The notes under the pieces: generated by a model
What the model was told of the DNA's origin: nothing
The model's database searches: none
What the model saw: only the letters and a program-made list of their open reading frames with translations
Made by a program: the position numbers and the translations under genes
Part shown: positions 1 to 13,833 of the stretch, one piece after another
Layout of the letters: every line of letters begins with the position of its first letter
Numbering within the stretch: the first letter of the stretch is position 1
From: SAR324 cluster bacterium
GTDB lineage: Bacteria > SAR324 > XYD2-FULL-50-16 > JAERRU01
Length of the DNA: 64,000 nt
Assembly: GCA_016735295.1 (NCBI GenBank)
Contig: JAERRU010000006.1
Span: 138,766-202,765, forward strand
Reading direction: 5' to 3'

Positions 1-1658
1 CCAAAATATTTGACCTTCTAGAAGAGGGTTATAGCAGGCATAATTTTAAAGCAGATTTTATGGCCGGCTTAACAGTGGCGATAGTTTCTATACCTCTTTC
101 TATGGGATTCGCCATTTCTGCTGGCTTAACCCCTATGCAAGGGGTCTATAGTGCTGTGGTGGGAGGAGTTATTTCTGCAATTTTAGGGGGGTGCCGGCAT
201 CAAATATCTGGTCCTTCGGCGGCTTTTATCATTATTATTGCCGAGACTCTTCATTTATATGGAAATAATGGCCTACTTTTAATTGTGATGGTTACAGGCA
301 TAATTTTAATATTAATTGGGTTATTTCACTTAGGAGATTATATTAGATTTATTCCTTTTCCTGCTAGGTATGGCATTACCACTGGGGTGGCTATTGTTGT
401 TTGCATAGCCCAAATAAAAAATTTGTTAGGGTTAGATTTTGTGTCAGGAGGTTTTTCCACTAATGTTGCAGGAAAAATTATGCAAATAATAGCGCATTTA
501 CCTGAGACAAATATAATATCGCTAGTGATGGGAATAAGTACTATAGCGGGGTTAGTTATTTTAAAAAAGATTCGCCCTTCTTGGCCTAATATTATTTTGA
601 TAATTATAATCGGCGGTTTAGTTAAATTTTTCTTTCATCTACCACTTGATACTATCGGCACTAAATTTGGAGAAATATCAGCCACTCTCCCTATCCCAAG
701 CTTGCCAGTTCTTGATTGGTCTTTAATTTGGCAAACATTGCCCATCTCTTTTTCCTTTGCGGTGATAGTATATTCCCAAACTTTAATTTCAGCGATTATG
801 GTTGATGAAAGCACCGGCGATAGGCACGATTCTAAACTAGAAATGATTAGTCAAGGATTAGCCAATATAATAGTAGCTAGTATAGGAGGAATGGTGTTAA
901 CAGGCACCGCGTCCAGAAGTTCAGCCAATGTAAATAGTGGGTCACATAGCCCGATTTCTGGTTTATTGCAGGCTATATTTTTATTACTTTTTGTGCTGTT
1001 AGCCGCATCCTTGATAGAGCATATACCGCTAGTTAGTTTATCGGGAGTGTTGGTGTTTGTTGCTTGGAACATGTTAACCAAGCAAAATTTGCATAAACTA
1101 TTAACTGCCCCTAGGTTTGATGGAGTTATTTTTGTGATGACTATATTGGTAATGGTATTTTGGGGGATAACTAATGCCCTTATCGCCGGATCTTTATTGG
1201 GCAGTTTTGTTTTTGTTGGTCGCATGAAAAGTTTAACCAGCTCTAAACACAAAATGGAGGGGTTGAAAAATTTTACAGCCTTTAAATATGATAAAAAAAA
1301 TGATGAATATTTATCAATCACACCAACCACTAAATCATCAATTTTAGTTTGTCATTTGCAAGGAGTATTATTTTTTGCAGCCGCAAAAAAAGTTGATGAG
1401 GTATTTTCATATATAAATAAAACTCAAAAAGCAGTGATTATAGATTTTGCCAAGGTTTCAGTGGTAGATATAAGCATCGCTAATCTTTTATATCGAGTGA
1501 TGTTTGGATTTAGAAAAAAAGGTATTAAAGTAATAATTTCTGGAGCGTCTTCTCAAGTAAAAACGGAGATAGCCCATCAAGATATCAAACCAGCGGTTAA
1601 TATATATACTAAAGACGTAAAAGAAGCGTTAGATTATTTAAAGCAAAAATTAAATTAA
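1..1658 (+). CDS. SulP-family inorganic anion permease with C-terminal STAS domain; 5' end lies outside the window
   Basis: The frame of the 60..1658 ORF stays open back to nt 3 (KIFDLLEEGYSRHNFKADF-MAGLTVAIVSIPLSMGFA). The D-x-x-AGLTV-x-x-x-x-IP motif is the conserved SulP N-terminal segment, so the true start is upstream. Many TM helices. The C-terminal ~120 aa (LVCHLQGVLFFAAAKKV...VIIDFAKVSVVDISIANLL) look like STAS. Confidence 0.8.
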   Translation, partial: KIFDLLEEGYSRHNFKADFMAGLTVAIVSIPLSMGFAISAGLTPMQGVYSAVVGGVISAILGGCRHQISGPSAAFIIIIAETLHLYGNNGLLLIVMVTGIILILIGLFHLGDYIRFIPFPARYGITTGVAIVVCIAQIKNLLGLDFVSGGFSTNVAGKIMQIIAHLPETNIISLVMGISTIAGLVILKKIRPSWPNIILIIIIGGLVKFFFHLPLDTIGTKFGEISATLPIPSLPVLDWSLIWQTLPISFSFAVIVYSQTLISAIMVDESTGDRHDSKLEMISQGLANIIVASIGGMVLTGTASRSSANVNSGSHSPISGLLQAIFLLLFVLLAASLIEHIPLVSLSGVLVFVAWNMLTKQNLHKLLTAPRFDGVIFVMTILVMVFWGITNALIAGSLLGSFVFVGRMKSLTSSKHKMEGLKNFTAFKYDKKNDEYLSITPTTKSSILVCHLQGVLFFAAAKKVDEVFSYINKTQKAVIIDFAKVSVVDISIANLLYRVMFGFRKKGIKVIISGASSQVKTEIAHQDIKPAVNIYTKDVKEALDYLKQKLN

Positions 1659-1676
1659 TTATAACTAAAAAATTAT

Positions 1677-1709
1677 CCCCAAGTACTCGCAAGTTGGGGC
1701 TATATTTTT
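1677..1709. terminator. Weak stem-loop between convergent genes (CCCCAA-N11-TTGGGG followed by T-rich tract)
   Basis: A 6-bp GC-rich stem (1677-1682 with 1694-1699) followed by ctatattttt. It lies in the 106-bp gap between the SulP gene (+) and the Sel1 gene (-). Confidence 0.35.
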
Positions 1710-1764
1710 AGTAATTAACTTAATAATTTATCGTGGTAGCTAGCTTGTAATAATGATAAAATTA

Positions 1765-2727
1765 CTATTTTGTTACCACCTCTGTTAAGAATTTTTTTAA
1801 AGCTCTTTTTCGTTTTAATTGATCAAATAAATCTTGGGCTAAATCTTTATCTTCGACAGTCATTTTTTCTGATAAATGGGTAAATTTTTTCTCAGAAGGA
1901 TGATAAAAATCAGACAGTAAATAAAAAGTTAATGCCGATTTATCACTAGGCTCCACAAAAATTCCTTGTTCAAAAAAATAAGCTAATTTATTAAAAGCCA
2001 AATAATTATTATCTAAAGCAGCTTGGCTAAACCAAAAATAGGCTAATTGGAGCTCACTTTTAGGAGCTTTTCTAAGATAATGCATCAATCCTAGGTCATA
2101 TTTAGCTTCAGGCACCCCCATATCAGCAGATCTTTTAAATAGTTGATGTGCCATGGTGTAATCTTTTTTAACTATTATGCCCTTATAATATAATTGAGCG
2201 AGGTTGTAATAACCCAGCGGTTCTTTTTTATTAGCCGCTTTTTGATACCAAAATAAGGCTAGTTGAGGATTTTTGCGCACACCTATACCATAATCATAGA
2301 TAACTCCTAAATTAACCATTGATAAGCCATGACCTGCTAGAGCTGCGTTGTTATACCAATAGATAGCTTGGCCAATATCTTGCTCGACAAGGTCACCTTT
2401 ATAATAAAGATTAGCTAAATCAAATTGAGCCAGATTAAGGCCAGCAGCAGCCGATTGTGTGAAAAATTCAACCGCTAATTTAATATCTCTTTTAACGCCA
2501 AGTGGCTTGTAGTAAATATTAGCCAATAAAAACTGTGCTTGCGCTCTCTCCTTTCTATCAGTCACCCCCTTAACCGATAACCACTCTAATATTTCTATTG
2601 CTGATTGATATTCTCTATTGACTAAATGCTCTTTAGCGTCTTCAATGCTAGCCGTGCAAGCACTGGTAAGCAATATAATCACCAAAAACAGCCAAATTCT
2701 ACTTGAAATACCCCTTATAAAATTCAT
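1765..2727 (-). CDS. Sel1-like repeat (SLR/TPR-like) protein, probable lipoprotein
   Basis: Signal peptide with lipobox-like LLTSAC. Multiple ~36-aa repeats of the type A-x-x-x-L-A-x-x-Y-x-x-G-x-G-V-x-x-D-x-x-x-A-x-x-W-Y-x-x-A-A. Confidence 0.75.
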   Translation of the reverse strand: MNFIRGISSRIWLFLVIILLTSACTASIEDAKEHLVNREYQSAIEILEWLSVKGVTDRKERAQAQFLLANIYYKPLGVKRDIKLAVEFFTQSAAAGLNLAQFDLANLYYKGDLVEQDIGQAIYWYNNAALAGHGLSMVNLGVIYDYGIGVRKNPQLALFWYQKAANKKEPLGYYNLAQLYYKGIIVKKDYTMAHQLFKRSADMGVPEAKYDLGLMHYLRKAPKSELQLAYFWFSQAALDNNYLAFNKLAYFFEQGIFVEPSDKSALTFYLLSDFYHPSEKKFTHLSEKMTVEDKDLAQDLFDQLKRKRALKKFLTEVVTK

Positions 2728-2883
2728 AGTTAACCATTGAGCTTTATTGTGTTAAAAGCAAAGTATATAGCTCAGCAAAATATAGTCCATTTTATAAAGA
2801 TACAAGCAAGTAATCTGATTATTATACTTTTTATGATGGATTTTATTTTCCATATGATTATTTTTTAAAGTGCTAAATATAAA

Positions 2884-4272
2884 ATGTTAAGCAAACTCAC
2901 CACAAAATTAAAAGAGGACGTACTATCAATTTGCCATCTAATCAAAAAAGAAGGAGCTTTGGCATACCTAGTGGGCGGAAGTATTAGAGATGCATTTTTA
3001 GGAGAAGAGGTTTTTGATGCAGATATAGAAGTATATGGCATGCCTGCTGAAAAATTAGCTAAAGTTTTAGCTAGCTACCACAAAGTAGATTTAGTTGGTA
3101 AATCTTACGCTGTATTTAAAATGCAACGCCTTAATATAGATGTATCTACTCCGCGAATAGAAGTAAAACATAAAGCTGGGCACAAGGGCTTTATTGTGGA
3201 ATCTAAACCGAATTTATCCACCAAGCAAGCGGCTTCACGGCGTGATTTTACTATTAATTCTTTGCTCTATGACCCCTTAACAGACAAGCTGATAGATCAT
3301 TTTGACGGTCTTAAAGATTTAAAAAATAAGACTCTCAAACATGTCTCAGAAAAATTTAGCGAAGACCCTCTAAGGCCACTAAGGGCAATGCAATTTATTG
3401 CTAGATTTGGTTTTAAAGCTGATGATAGTACGGTAAAAATTTGCCAAAGCCTTAAACAAGATGAATTAGCTACTGAAAGAATTTTTTCTGAATGGAAAAA
3501 AATGATTATAAAAGGCGTATATATCAGCCAAGGGCTAGATTTTTTATCTGATATAGGATGGCTAAAATATTATCCAGAATTGCAAGCTCTACAAAATTGC
3601 CCGCAAGATGAAAGATGGCATCCTGAAGGCGATGTTTGGCAACATACCGCTTTATGCATGGACGCCTTTGCCGCTCATCGGAGTGATTTAGCGAAAGATA
3701 ATTTTGAAGAAGAAGCTCTCATCATTGGCCTAGCCGTGTTAACTCATGATTTTGGCAAACCTGCGACTACTTTTTTTGAGAAAGATAGCATTCGCTCTCC
3801 TAGGCATGAGCTAGTAGGCGTGCCCCTAGCTAAGCAATTTTTGAGTAGATTAACCAATCAACAAAATATTATTGAGGATTGCCTGCCTTTAGTGAGGCAC
3901 CACATGCAGCCTTACGCCCTGTTCAAAGCCCAAAGCAAAGAAAGTGCAATTAGGCGATTATCAGCAAAAGTTCTCAGACTAGATCGATTATTAGTATTAT
4001 GTCAGGCCGATTATTTAGGATGTGGGGCACGCTCCTTTAATGACAAATCACCGCACCTTAAATGGTTGCTAGATAAGGCAAATGAGCTAGATATAGCCAA
4101 AAAACCTCCATCAGCAATAGTTATGGGGAGGCATTTAATGGAGCTAAATGTGAAGCCAGGTATAATATATAAAACACTATTAGGGGAGTGCTATAAAGCA
4201 CAGCTCTCTGGTGAATTTAAAGATTTAGCGGGAGGTATTTCATTTTTAAAAAAATTATTAACGGCCAAATAA
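2884..4272 (+). CDS. cca: CCA-adding tRNA nucleotidyltransferase with HD phosphohydrolase domain
   Basis: GGSIRDAFLG and RRDFTINSL polymerase-beta nucleotidyltransferase motifs. Downstream HD-domain motif (VLTHDFGKP...RHH). Confidence 0.85.
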   Translation: MLSKLTTKLKEDVLSICHLIKKEGALAYLVGGSIRDAFLGEEVFDADIEVYGMPAEKLAKVLASYHKVDLVGKSYAVFKMQRLNIDVSTPRIEVKHKAGHKGFIVESKPNLSTKQAASRRDFTINSLLYDPLTDKLIDHFDGLKDLKNKTLKHVSEKFSEDPLRPLRAMQFIARFGFKADDSTVKICQSLKQDELATERIFSEWKKMIIKGVYISQGLDFLSDIGWLKYYPELQALQNCPQDERWHPEGDVWQHTALCMDAFAAHRSDLAKDNFEEEALIIGLAVLTHDFGKPATTFFEKDSIRSPRHELVGVPLAKQFLSRLTNQQNIIEDCLPLVRHHMQPYALFKAQSKESAIRRLSAKVLRLDRLLVLCQADYLGCGARSFNDKSPHLKWLLDKANELDIAKKPPSAIVMGRHLMELNVKPGIIYKTLLGECYKAQLSGEFKDLAGGISFLKKLLTAK

Positions 4273-4295
4273 TACCAATCTTCAATTAATTAAAT

Positions 4296-4408
4296 AAAAT
4301 ATTGATAGGGTATTGATAGTGGGGGTTTTAGATGGGAATTATCAACGGCTAAATAGTGACAGACCTAAATTACTCTAATAAAACATTGTCAGGGGATTAA
4401 TAGTGGGG
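4296..4408. repeat. Two ~30-bp imperfect direct repeats (4296-4325 and 4380-4408) ending in AATAGTGGGGG / GATAGTGGGGG
   Basis: aaaatattgatagggtattgatagtggggg versus aaacattgtcaggggattaatagtggggg, roughly 25 of 30 identical by eye, 83-84 bp apart, in a convergent intergenic gap. Confidence 0.6.
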
Positions 4409-4422
4409 GCTTGTTATAAATA

Positions 4423-5157
4423 TTAGTCAATTCTTTTTACTTGCCCTCTTTTAAATATATAATTTTTATCATAATATCGCCAGCGAATGAGGCTTTTTTG
4501 TAAATAATCAATTTGTAAAGGGTCTCCTAGAGCCGCTAAAACTATTTGGTAAGGATCATCTATATCTATTTGTTGGTTCAATGCCCTTCGTAGTGAACTA
4601 TCATCAAGCTTTAACTTATCAGCAGTTTTTATGATTACATTGATTCTAGCAGAGCTTATGCCTGCGATTATTGTTCCTGCGGTGCTTTCGACCCATAAAA
4701 ATTGTTTTAGTTGCTCCTTAAAAATCACCTCTCTCACCAGAAGCATATCAAATAAAGGCCAAGAAACTCTGTTACCGGTGTCTTTAAGTTTTACGCCTGC
4801 GATCTCTTGATAATTAAATGATTCATTTTTTTGGTCAGGTAATGTTTTAAAAACTTTTACTAGCTGATAGTTAGCTAAATTTTTCTTTAAATCATTAGTT
4901 AAAGCGTAACCGATGCTAGGAGTAGTTTTTTCTAAAAGCACAATAATTTTTAATAATACTACTTTTCCAATAGTATTTTTAACATCAACAATTTGGTAAG
5001 CGCCTCTTTTTAATGGCAGACTTTTTTTTGATAGTGAATCGTCTTTATAGGCAGGGACTGATTCTTTTTCGACAAATAATGTCATTTTAGCGAAAACTTG
5101 CCCGATGGAGAGCATGATCAGTAAAAAAACAATAATTAGTTTGCCGCCTTTCATCAT
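4423..5157 (-). CDS. Secreted hypothetical protein
   Basis: N-terminal signal peptide (LIIVFLLIMLSIGQVFA). ATGA 4-bp overlap with the upstream rsmD stop suggests co-translation. No recognisable motifs. Confidence 0.6.
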   Translation of the reverse strand: MMKGGKLIIVFLLIMLSIGQVFAKMTLFVEKESVPAYKDDSLSKKSLPLKRGAYQIVDVKNTIGKVVLLKIIVLLEKTTPSIGYALTNDLKKNLANYQLVKVFKTLPDQKNESFNYQEIAGVKLKDTGNRVSWPLFDMLLVREVIFKEQLKQFLWVESTAGTIIAGISSARINVIIKTADKLKLDDSSLRRALNQQIDIDDPYQIVLAALGDPLQIDYLQKSLIRWRYYDKNYIFKRGQVKRID

Positions 5158-5708
5158 AATCTATAAAAATCAAGTAAAGTGTTGCCATACCTCTTCACCT
5201 GCAAACAAAGCCCAAGTTCCCTTGTTTTAACGAGTTCAGAAGCTGGTTTTTGTAATACCAAAATCCAATTAGGCATTTCTTTGCCAAATTTAGCACGCCA
5301 AAATGCAATTTTTTGATAATAATGTTTTTCATAAGGTGGATCAAGGAAAAATACTCCTCGATTATATTTATTAGTCAAATAATCCACCCTTTTAAGCCAA
5401 TTAAACACATCAGCAATATCAATTTGATAGCAATCCCGCTTTAAAAACATGGTATTAGCTCGTAAATCTCGACCAACAACTGAGTCAAGCTCAACAAACA
5501 CCGTTTTATCAAATCCTCGGCTCAACGCCTCTAAACCAACCGCTCCACTGCCAGCAAACAAATCGATAAATAAACTTCCCTTAAAATCTAAATATGTTTG
5601 CAATACATCAAATAAAGCACTACGAATCCGATTTAGAGTGGGTCTGAGCCTATCATGAGATGATAATTTAAGTTTAGTTCCCCGATATTTGCCGGTTAAT
5701 ATCTTCAT
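5154..5708 (-). CDS. rsmD: 16S rRNA (guanine966-N2)-methyltransferase RsmD
   Basis: RLRPTLNRIRSALFDVL, the SAM motif DLFAGSGAVGLEALSRG and the FLDPPY catalytic motif. Confidence 0.85.
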   Translation of the reverse strand: MKILTGKYRGTKLKLSSHDRLRPTLNRIRSALFDVLQTYLDFKGSLFIDLFAGSGAVGLEALSRGFDKTVFVELDSVVGRDLRANTMFLKRDCYQIDIADVFNWLKRVDYLTNKYNRGVFFLDPPYEKHYYQKIAFWRAKFGKEMPNWILVLQKPASELVKTRELGLCLQVKRYGNTLLDFYRL

Positions 5709-5810
5709 CTAATGATTATCCTTTTAAAATATTCTTAAATTCATATCCACAAATCATGGAAGGTAAATCCAATAGCAGCAAAACTAGGTTAATCTAAACT
5801 AAATTAAAAC

Positions 5811-7214
5811 CTACCTATCAACCACCACATCAGTAACAAATTCAAGCTTAGCTGAAACTTCATCAATAGCTCGCTGTTCAATCAAATCACGATTAAGATG
5901 AGATTTTCCCTTAATAACCCAATCAGGTTTTAGTTTTTTAATTAGGTCGGTAGGAGCATCTTCATCAAAAATAACCACCCAATCAACACTACTAAGCGAC
6001 GCTAAGAGCTCGGCTCTAACCAATTGCTTGATTTCTGGGAAACGGCCCTTTTGTTTTTTTATGGATTGGTCACTATTTATTGCTACCACTCTAAAATCGC
6101 CATATTTAGCCATATTTTGCAAGAATTTTATATGCATAGAAGTCAAATTATCAAAATGACCATTAGTAAAAGACCAACTCTGGTTACTATTTTTTCTTAT
6201 CTGGATTAAATCCGCTAAACTAATAATTTTACGATGAGCTTTAGGCATCGAGGCTCGCATAAGCTCGCTCAAAGATACACTAGCTGTGCCTAGTCTAGAA
6301 ATAACTATTCCGGCCGCAATATTAGCTAAAGGAATAATATCAATAGGAGCCTGCTTATTAGCCAAAAAAGCTGTTAAAATAGCAATAACCATATCTCCCG
6401 CTCCACAAACATCAAAAATTTCTTTGCTCCCAACCATAAATAATTTATAATCATCAGCATCGCGGTAATAAAATATGCCGTCTTCATCTAAACTGATTAA
6501 TATAAATTCAGCCTCAGTCTGTTTTTTTAAGATAGTCGCGGCCTTTATAAAATCAGCAGTGGTTCGTAATTTAAAACCAACCAAACCTTCCGTTTCTAAT
6601 CGATTAGGCTTGATTGTGGTGATCCCTTTATAGTTAGAATGATCCACACCCCTGCCAGGATCGCAAACACAAGGAATGCCTAATCGCTTGGTTTCATTAA
6701 TTATTTTATTAAGTAGTAACGGTTGCAAAAATCCTTTCACATAATGAGATATAGCAACCGCAGAAAATTCCTGGATTTTGGGGATAATAGAATCAACAAT
6801 TTTATCTATTTTTGGAGCTGATAAAGAGAAGTCTTTTTCATAATCAACACGCAATATTTGTTGATTTTGAGCTAAAAATCTAGCCTTAAGTAAGGTAGAA
6901 AACTCATCATCATTAATAAGTAAATCAGTAGATATTTTTTTAGCAATGAGAAGTTTTTTTAAAATTTTCAAATTATCATCACAACCAGTCAGAGCACAAA
7001 GGCTAACTTGACAACCTAACCTGCTCAAATTTTGAGCCAGCGAACCAGCCCCACCAAGCCTATCCTTTTCATGAGAGATGCGTAATATAGGAATAGGGGC
7101 CTCCTGCGATATTCTATTAACCACACCCACGTGGTAGCGATCAATAATAACATCACCAATCACCAGCACTTTTCGCGGTCGAAAATTATTTAAAGTACGT
7201 AAGTTATTTTGCAC
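5811..7214 (-). CDS. hldE: Bifunctional heptose 7-phosphate kinase / heptose 1-phosphate adenylyltransferase HldE (RfaE)-like; domain II is divergent
   Basis: N-terminal pfkB kinase (VLVIGDVIIDRY..., GGAGS, DVCGAGD). The C-terminal cytidylyltransferase-like domain (FTNGHFDNLTSMH...AINSD) lacks the canonical HxGH. Confidence 0.8.
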   Translation of the reverse strand: MQNNLRTLNNFRPRKVLVIGDVIIDRYHVGVVNRISQEAPIPILRISHEKDRLGGAGSLAQNLSRLGCQVSLCALTGCDDNLKILKKLLIAKKISTDLLINDDEFSTLLKARFLAQNQQILRVDYEKDFSLSAPKIDKIVDSIIPKIQEFSAVAISHYVKGFLQPLLLNKIINETKRLGIPCVCDPGRGVDHSNYKGITTIKPNRLETEGLVGFKLRTTADFIKAATILKKQTEAEFILISLDEDGIFYYRDADDYKLFMVGSKEIFDVCGAGDMVIAILTAFLANKQAPIDIIPLANIAAGIVISRLGTASVSLSELMRASMPKAHRKIISLADLIQIRKNSNQSWSFTNGHFDNLTSMHIKFLQNMAKYGDFRVVAINSDQSIKKQKGRFPEIKQLVRAELLASLSSVDWVVIFDEDAPTDLIKKLKPDWVIKGKSHLNRDLIEQRAIDEVSAKLEFVTDVVVDR

Positions 7215-7497
7215 AATAAGCTTTATCTAAATTTAGGGAATAATGGAGGGAATCAATGATAATAAATCTATTCGCATAAGTTAAGAATATAAGGATAATA
7301 TTAAAGAAAAAAGCCACTAAAAGCAAGGAGATAATAAAATAATAAAAGCACGAAAAATAAATAAATTAATCAATGAAAAACTAATAAATAATTAATAAAT
7401 AATTAAATAGAACAGATAAATTAATAATGATAAAAACCCTCTAGTAAAGGAATTAAGCGAGTAGATATAAAAACATATAAATAATTAATATAAAAAC

Positions 7498-7525
7498 TTG
7501 ACACATAAAAAAAAACAAGTATATT
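7498..7525 (+). promoter_or_regulatory. Candidate sigma-70 rRNA promoter (TTGACA-16 nt-TATATT) with an extremely A/T-rich upstream region
   Basis: TTGACA at 7498-7503 and TATATT at 7520-7525, about 140 nt upstream of the 16S. It is preceded by ~280 bp of A-tract-rich DNA, including a tandem taataaataat x2. Confidence 0.45.
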
Positions 7526-7620
7526 TGCCGTTGTATCCAGCCACGAGTGGTTGGGTAATTTTCGTATTTTTTGATAAGTGCATTTGAATAAAATTAAATA
7601 ACATTTATTAAATATACGAA

Positions 7621-7630
7621 GTTTCTTTGA
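7621..7630 (+). promoter_or_regulatory. boxA-like element (GTTTCTTTGA) in the rRNA leader
   Basis: The same 10-mer recurs in the 16S-23S spacer at 9396-9405. It resembles the E. coli boxA core GCTCTTTAACAA and sits just 5' of the 16S processing stem. Confidence 0.35.
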
Positions 7631-7651
7631 AAAGATGTGCTTGAATTTGTG
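7629..7651 (+). other. 5' strand of the 16S processing stem (pairs with 9300-9321)
   Basis: gaaaagatgtgcttgaatttgtg is complementary to cacaaattcagcatatcttttc at 9300-9321, with one G-U pair and one bulge. The stem brackets the 16S. Confidence 0.65.
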
Positions 7652-7662
7652 GGTTACAGGTT

Positions 7663-9169
<1,507 letters not shown>

Positions 9170-9299
9170 TCTTTATTGATCAGAAAATATTAGTTATCTA
9201 TCTCTCACGATTTAGTTTACTAAGACTGCTTTTACGGGCAGTATAATAAGGTGTTTTTTACAAACACCAGGTTTAATAACCCTCAAGTAGGGAAAGACG

Positions 9300-9321
9300 C
9301 ACAAATTCAGCATATCTTTTC
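9300..9321 (+). other. 3' strand of the 16S processing stem
   Basis: Complementary to 7629-7651. Confidence 0.65.
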
Positions 9322-9395
9322 ATTGAAATAAATGGATTAACGTTTTAGCATTATGGTCTTGCAAAAGATTAATAATGCAAAAGCATTAAGCTTTT

Positions 9396-9405
9396 GTTTC
9401 TTTGA
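9396..9405 (+). promoter_or_regulatory. boxA-like element (GTTTCTTTGA) in the 16S-23S spacer
   Basis: Exact repeat of the leader 10-mer at 7621-7630. Confidence 0.35.
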
Positions 9406-9704
9406 CATCTGTGAATCAGTTATTTATTAAGTAAGACCATAATAGGCCTTGCTTGGTGGTAACTGTATAGCGAAAAGCAACAAAAAAAAACTACAAACTG
9501 ATTAATTTCAGTTTGGGGTTAAGGTATCAATATACCGCATGATATGTTAGTAAATAATTCCTTGATGTTAAAAGGAGATATTAATAGATATATCGTGTCA
9601 CAAAAAGCGCAAGTGCCGACTTTTTTTAATTTTAAAAAGTCAAAATTGGAGAATCGGACTGCGGTAATGATTTAGGCTAATTTTTAAATTAGCGTAAAGA
9701 GCTA

Positions 9705-9721
9705 CTGCAAGTTTTGAAAAA
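9705..9721 (+). other. 5' strand of the 23S processing stem (pairs with 12649-12665)
   Basis: ctgcaagttttgaaaaa versus the reverse complement of tttttcagaacttgcag, 16 of 17 pairing. Confidence 0.65.
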
Positions 9722-9725
9722 TTCA

Positions 9726-12648
<2,923 letters not shown>

Positions 12649-12665
12649 TTTTTCAGAACTTGCAG
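12649..12665 (+). other. 3' strand of the 23S processing stem
   Basis: Complementary to 9705-9721. Confidence 0.65.
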
Positions 12666-12758
12666 CTTAGCTGGGGTGTTTTTTATCCCCAGCGATGTCT
12701 AATTGTTTTATTGATACCGTTGCTTTTTGCCTCAGATGTATTTTTTGTTTGTTGAAAT

Positions 12759-12875
12759 TCTAGGTGGCTATAGCGAAGGGGCTACACCCGTTCCCATTCC
12801 GAACACGGCAGTTAAGTCCTTCTGCGCCGATGATACTATGCGGGAAGCTGCATGGGAAAGTAGGTCGTCGCCTGG
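12759..12875 (+). rRNA. rrf: 5S ribosomal RNA
   Basis: TCTAGGTGGCTATAGCGAAGGGGCTACACCCGTTCCCATTCCGAACACGG...GGGAAAGTAGGTCGTCGCCTGG, followed by TTTTT. Confidence 0.93.
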
Positions 12876-12892
12876 TTTTTCACAAATGATGG

Positions 12893-13672
12893 TTATCCTT
12901 CCTTTTTTTTATCAATTATTTTCTGCAAATATTGCTGATAAGGTATTTTGTAGTAATCGTTGGCCTTCTCTATATTACTATCTATATTTCCCAGTAGACT
13001 ATTAGGTGGTGTGATATTTTTGAATAGAAAGCATATCATATTACTGCATCCACTCACTGGGGCTATCATTATTCGCTGGTCAAAGATGTACTTTGCTATG
13101 GTCAGATTGTGACTATTCTCTTTATATTGCGAATTCCAATAATTCATTACTAGAATACCTTGGTGTGATAATTTTTCTTTGCATGTATTGAAAAATGAGG
13201 GATGATTTATTTTGCTGGGCATGCCTTCGTTCATGAAGGCATCTAGGATAATTACATCAAATCTTTCTTCTCCATTGTTAGAAAAATATCCGACTATATC
13301 TTTAATTTCTAAACTTAGCGGGGGAAGGTTTTGGAGAAAAAAGTATTTCTTGGCCACTTCACAAACTCCGGCTCGAAGTTCTACCACCTTTACTTTGCTG
13401 TTTGGGAATATCACTTGAAAGAAATTTGCCATTGAACCCCCACCAAGACCGATTAATAATATATTTTTAATGTCTAGGCCTAAAAAAGCGACACTTTGCA
13501 TCACATGTTGATATTTTAATGTCGAAAACCGAGGATTTGACCTTAAAATTCCTCCTTGTTTGGCGTCAGTATCAAATAGCAGATATCTTTCTTGGTGGTC
13601 TTCGTAAACTCTTATTTTGCCGTAATCATCGATTTGTTGGTGTATTAAATCTGGAAAACCCCTTTTTAGCAC
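12893..13672 (-). CDS. Spermidine-synthase-like (PABS fold) SAM-dependent methyltransferase-family protein
   Basis: LLIGLGGGSMANF glycine-rich SAM/dcSAM loop, VVELRAGV and DVIILDAF motifs typical of spermidine-synthase-like proteins. The stop is 18 nt from the 5S 3' end (convergent). Confidence 0.6.
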   Translation of the reverse strand: MLKRGFPDLIHQQIDDYGKIRVYEDHQERYLLFDTDAKQGGILRSNPRFSTLKYQHVMQSVAFLGLDIKNILLIGLGGGSMANFFQVIFPNSKVKVVELRAGVCEVAKKYFFLQNLPPLSLEIKDIVGYFSNNGEERFDVIILDAFMNEGMPSKINHPSFFNTCKEKLSHQGILVMNYWNSQYKENSHNLTIAKYIFDQRIMIAPVSGCSNMICFLFKNITPPNSLLGNIDSNIEKANDYYKIPYQQYLQKIIDKKKEG

Positions 13673-13833
13673 TGCTCAATTAATTGATTAATTATCATTA
13701 TTATTATTATTTATAATATCACGGGGCGACGCTTAATTTTTAATATATTTTCCCGAAGAGTATATATAGTAGTCTATAATTTATAGACTGTTTTATCATA
13801 TCTACATAAACCTTATCTGACAAGTTTTGTGTT

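Noticed and set aside
12727-13005. 92-aa ORF on the + strand spanning the 5S rRNA
   Set aside because: It overlaps the 5S gene and the 3' end of the convergent spermidine-synthase-like gene, and it has no coding signal.
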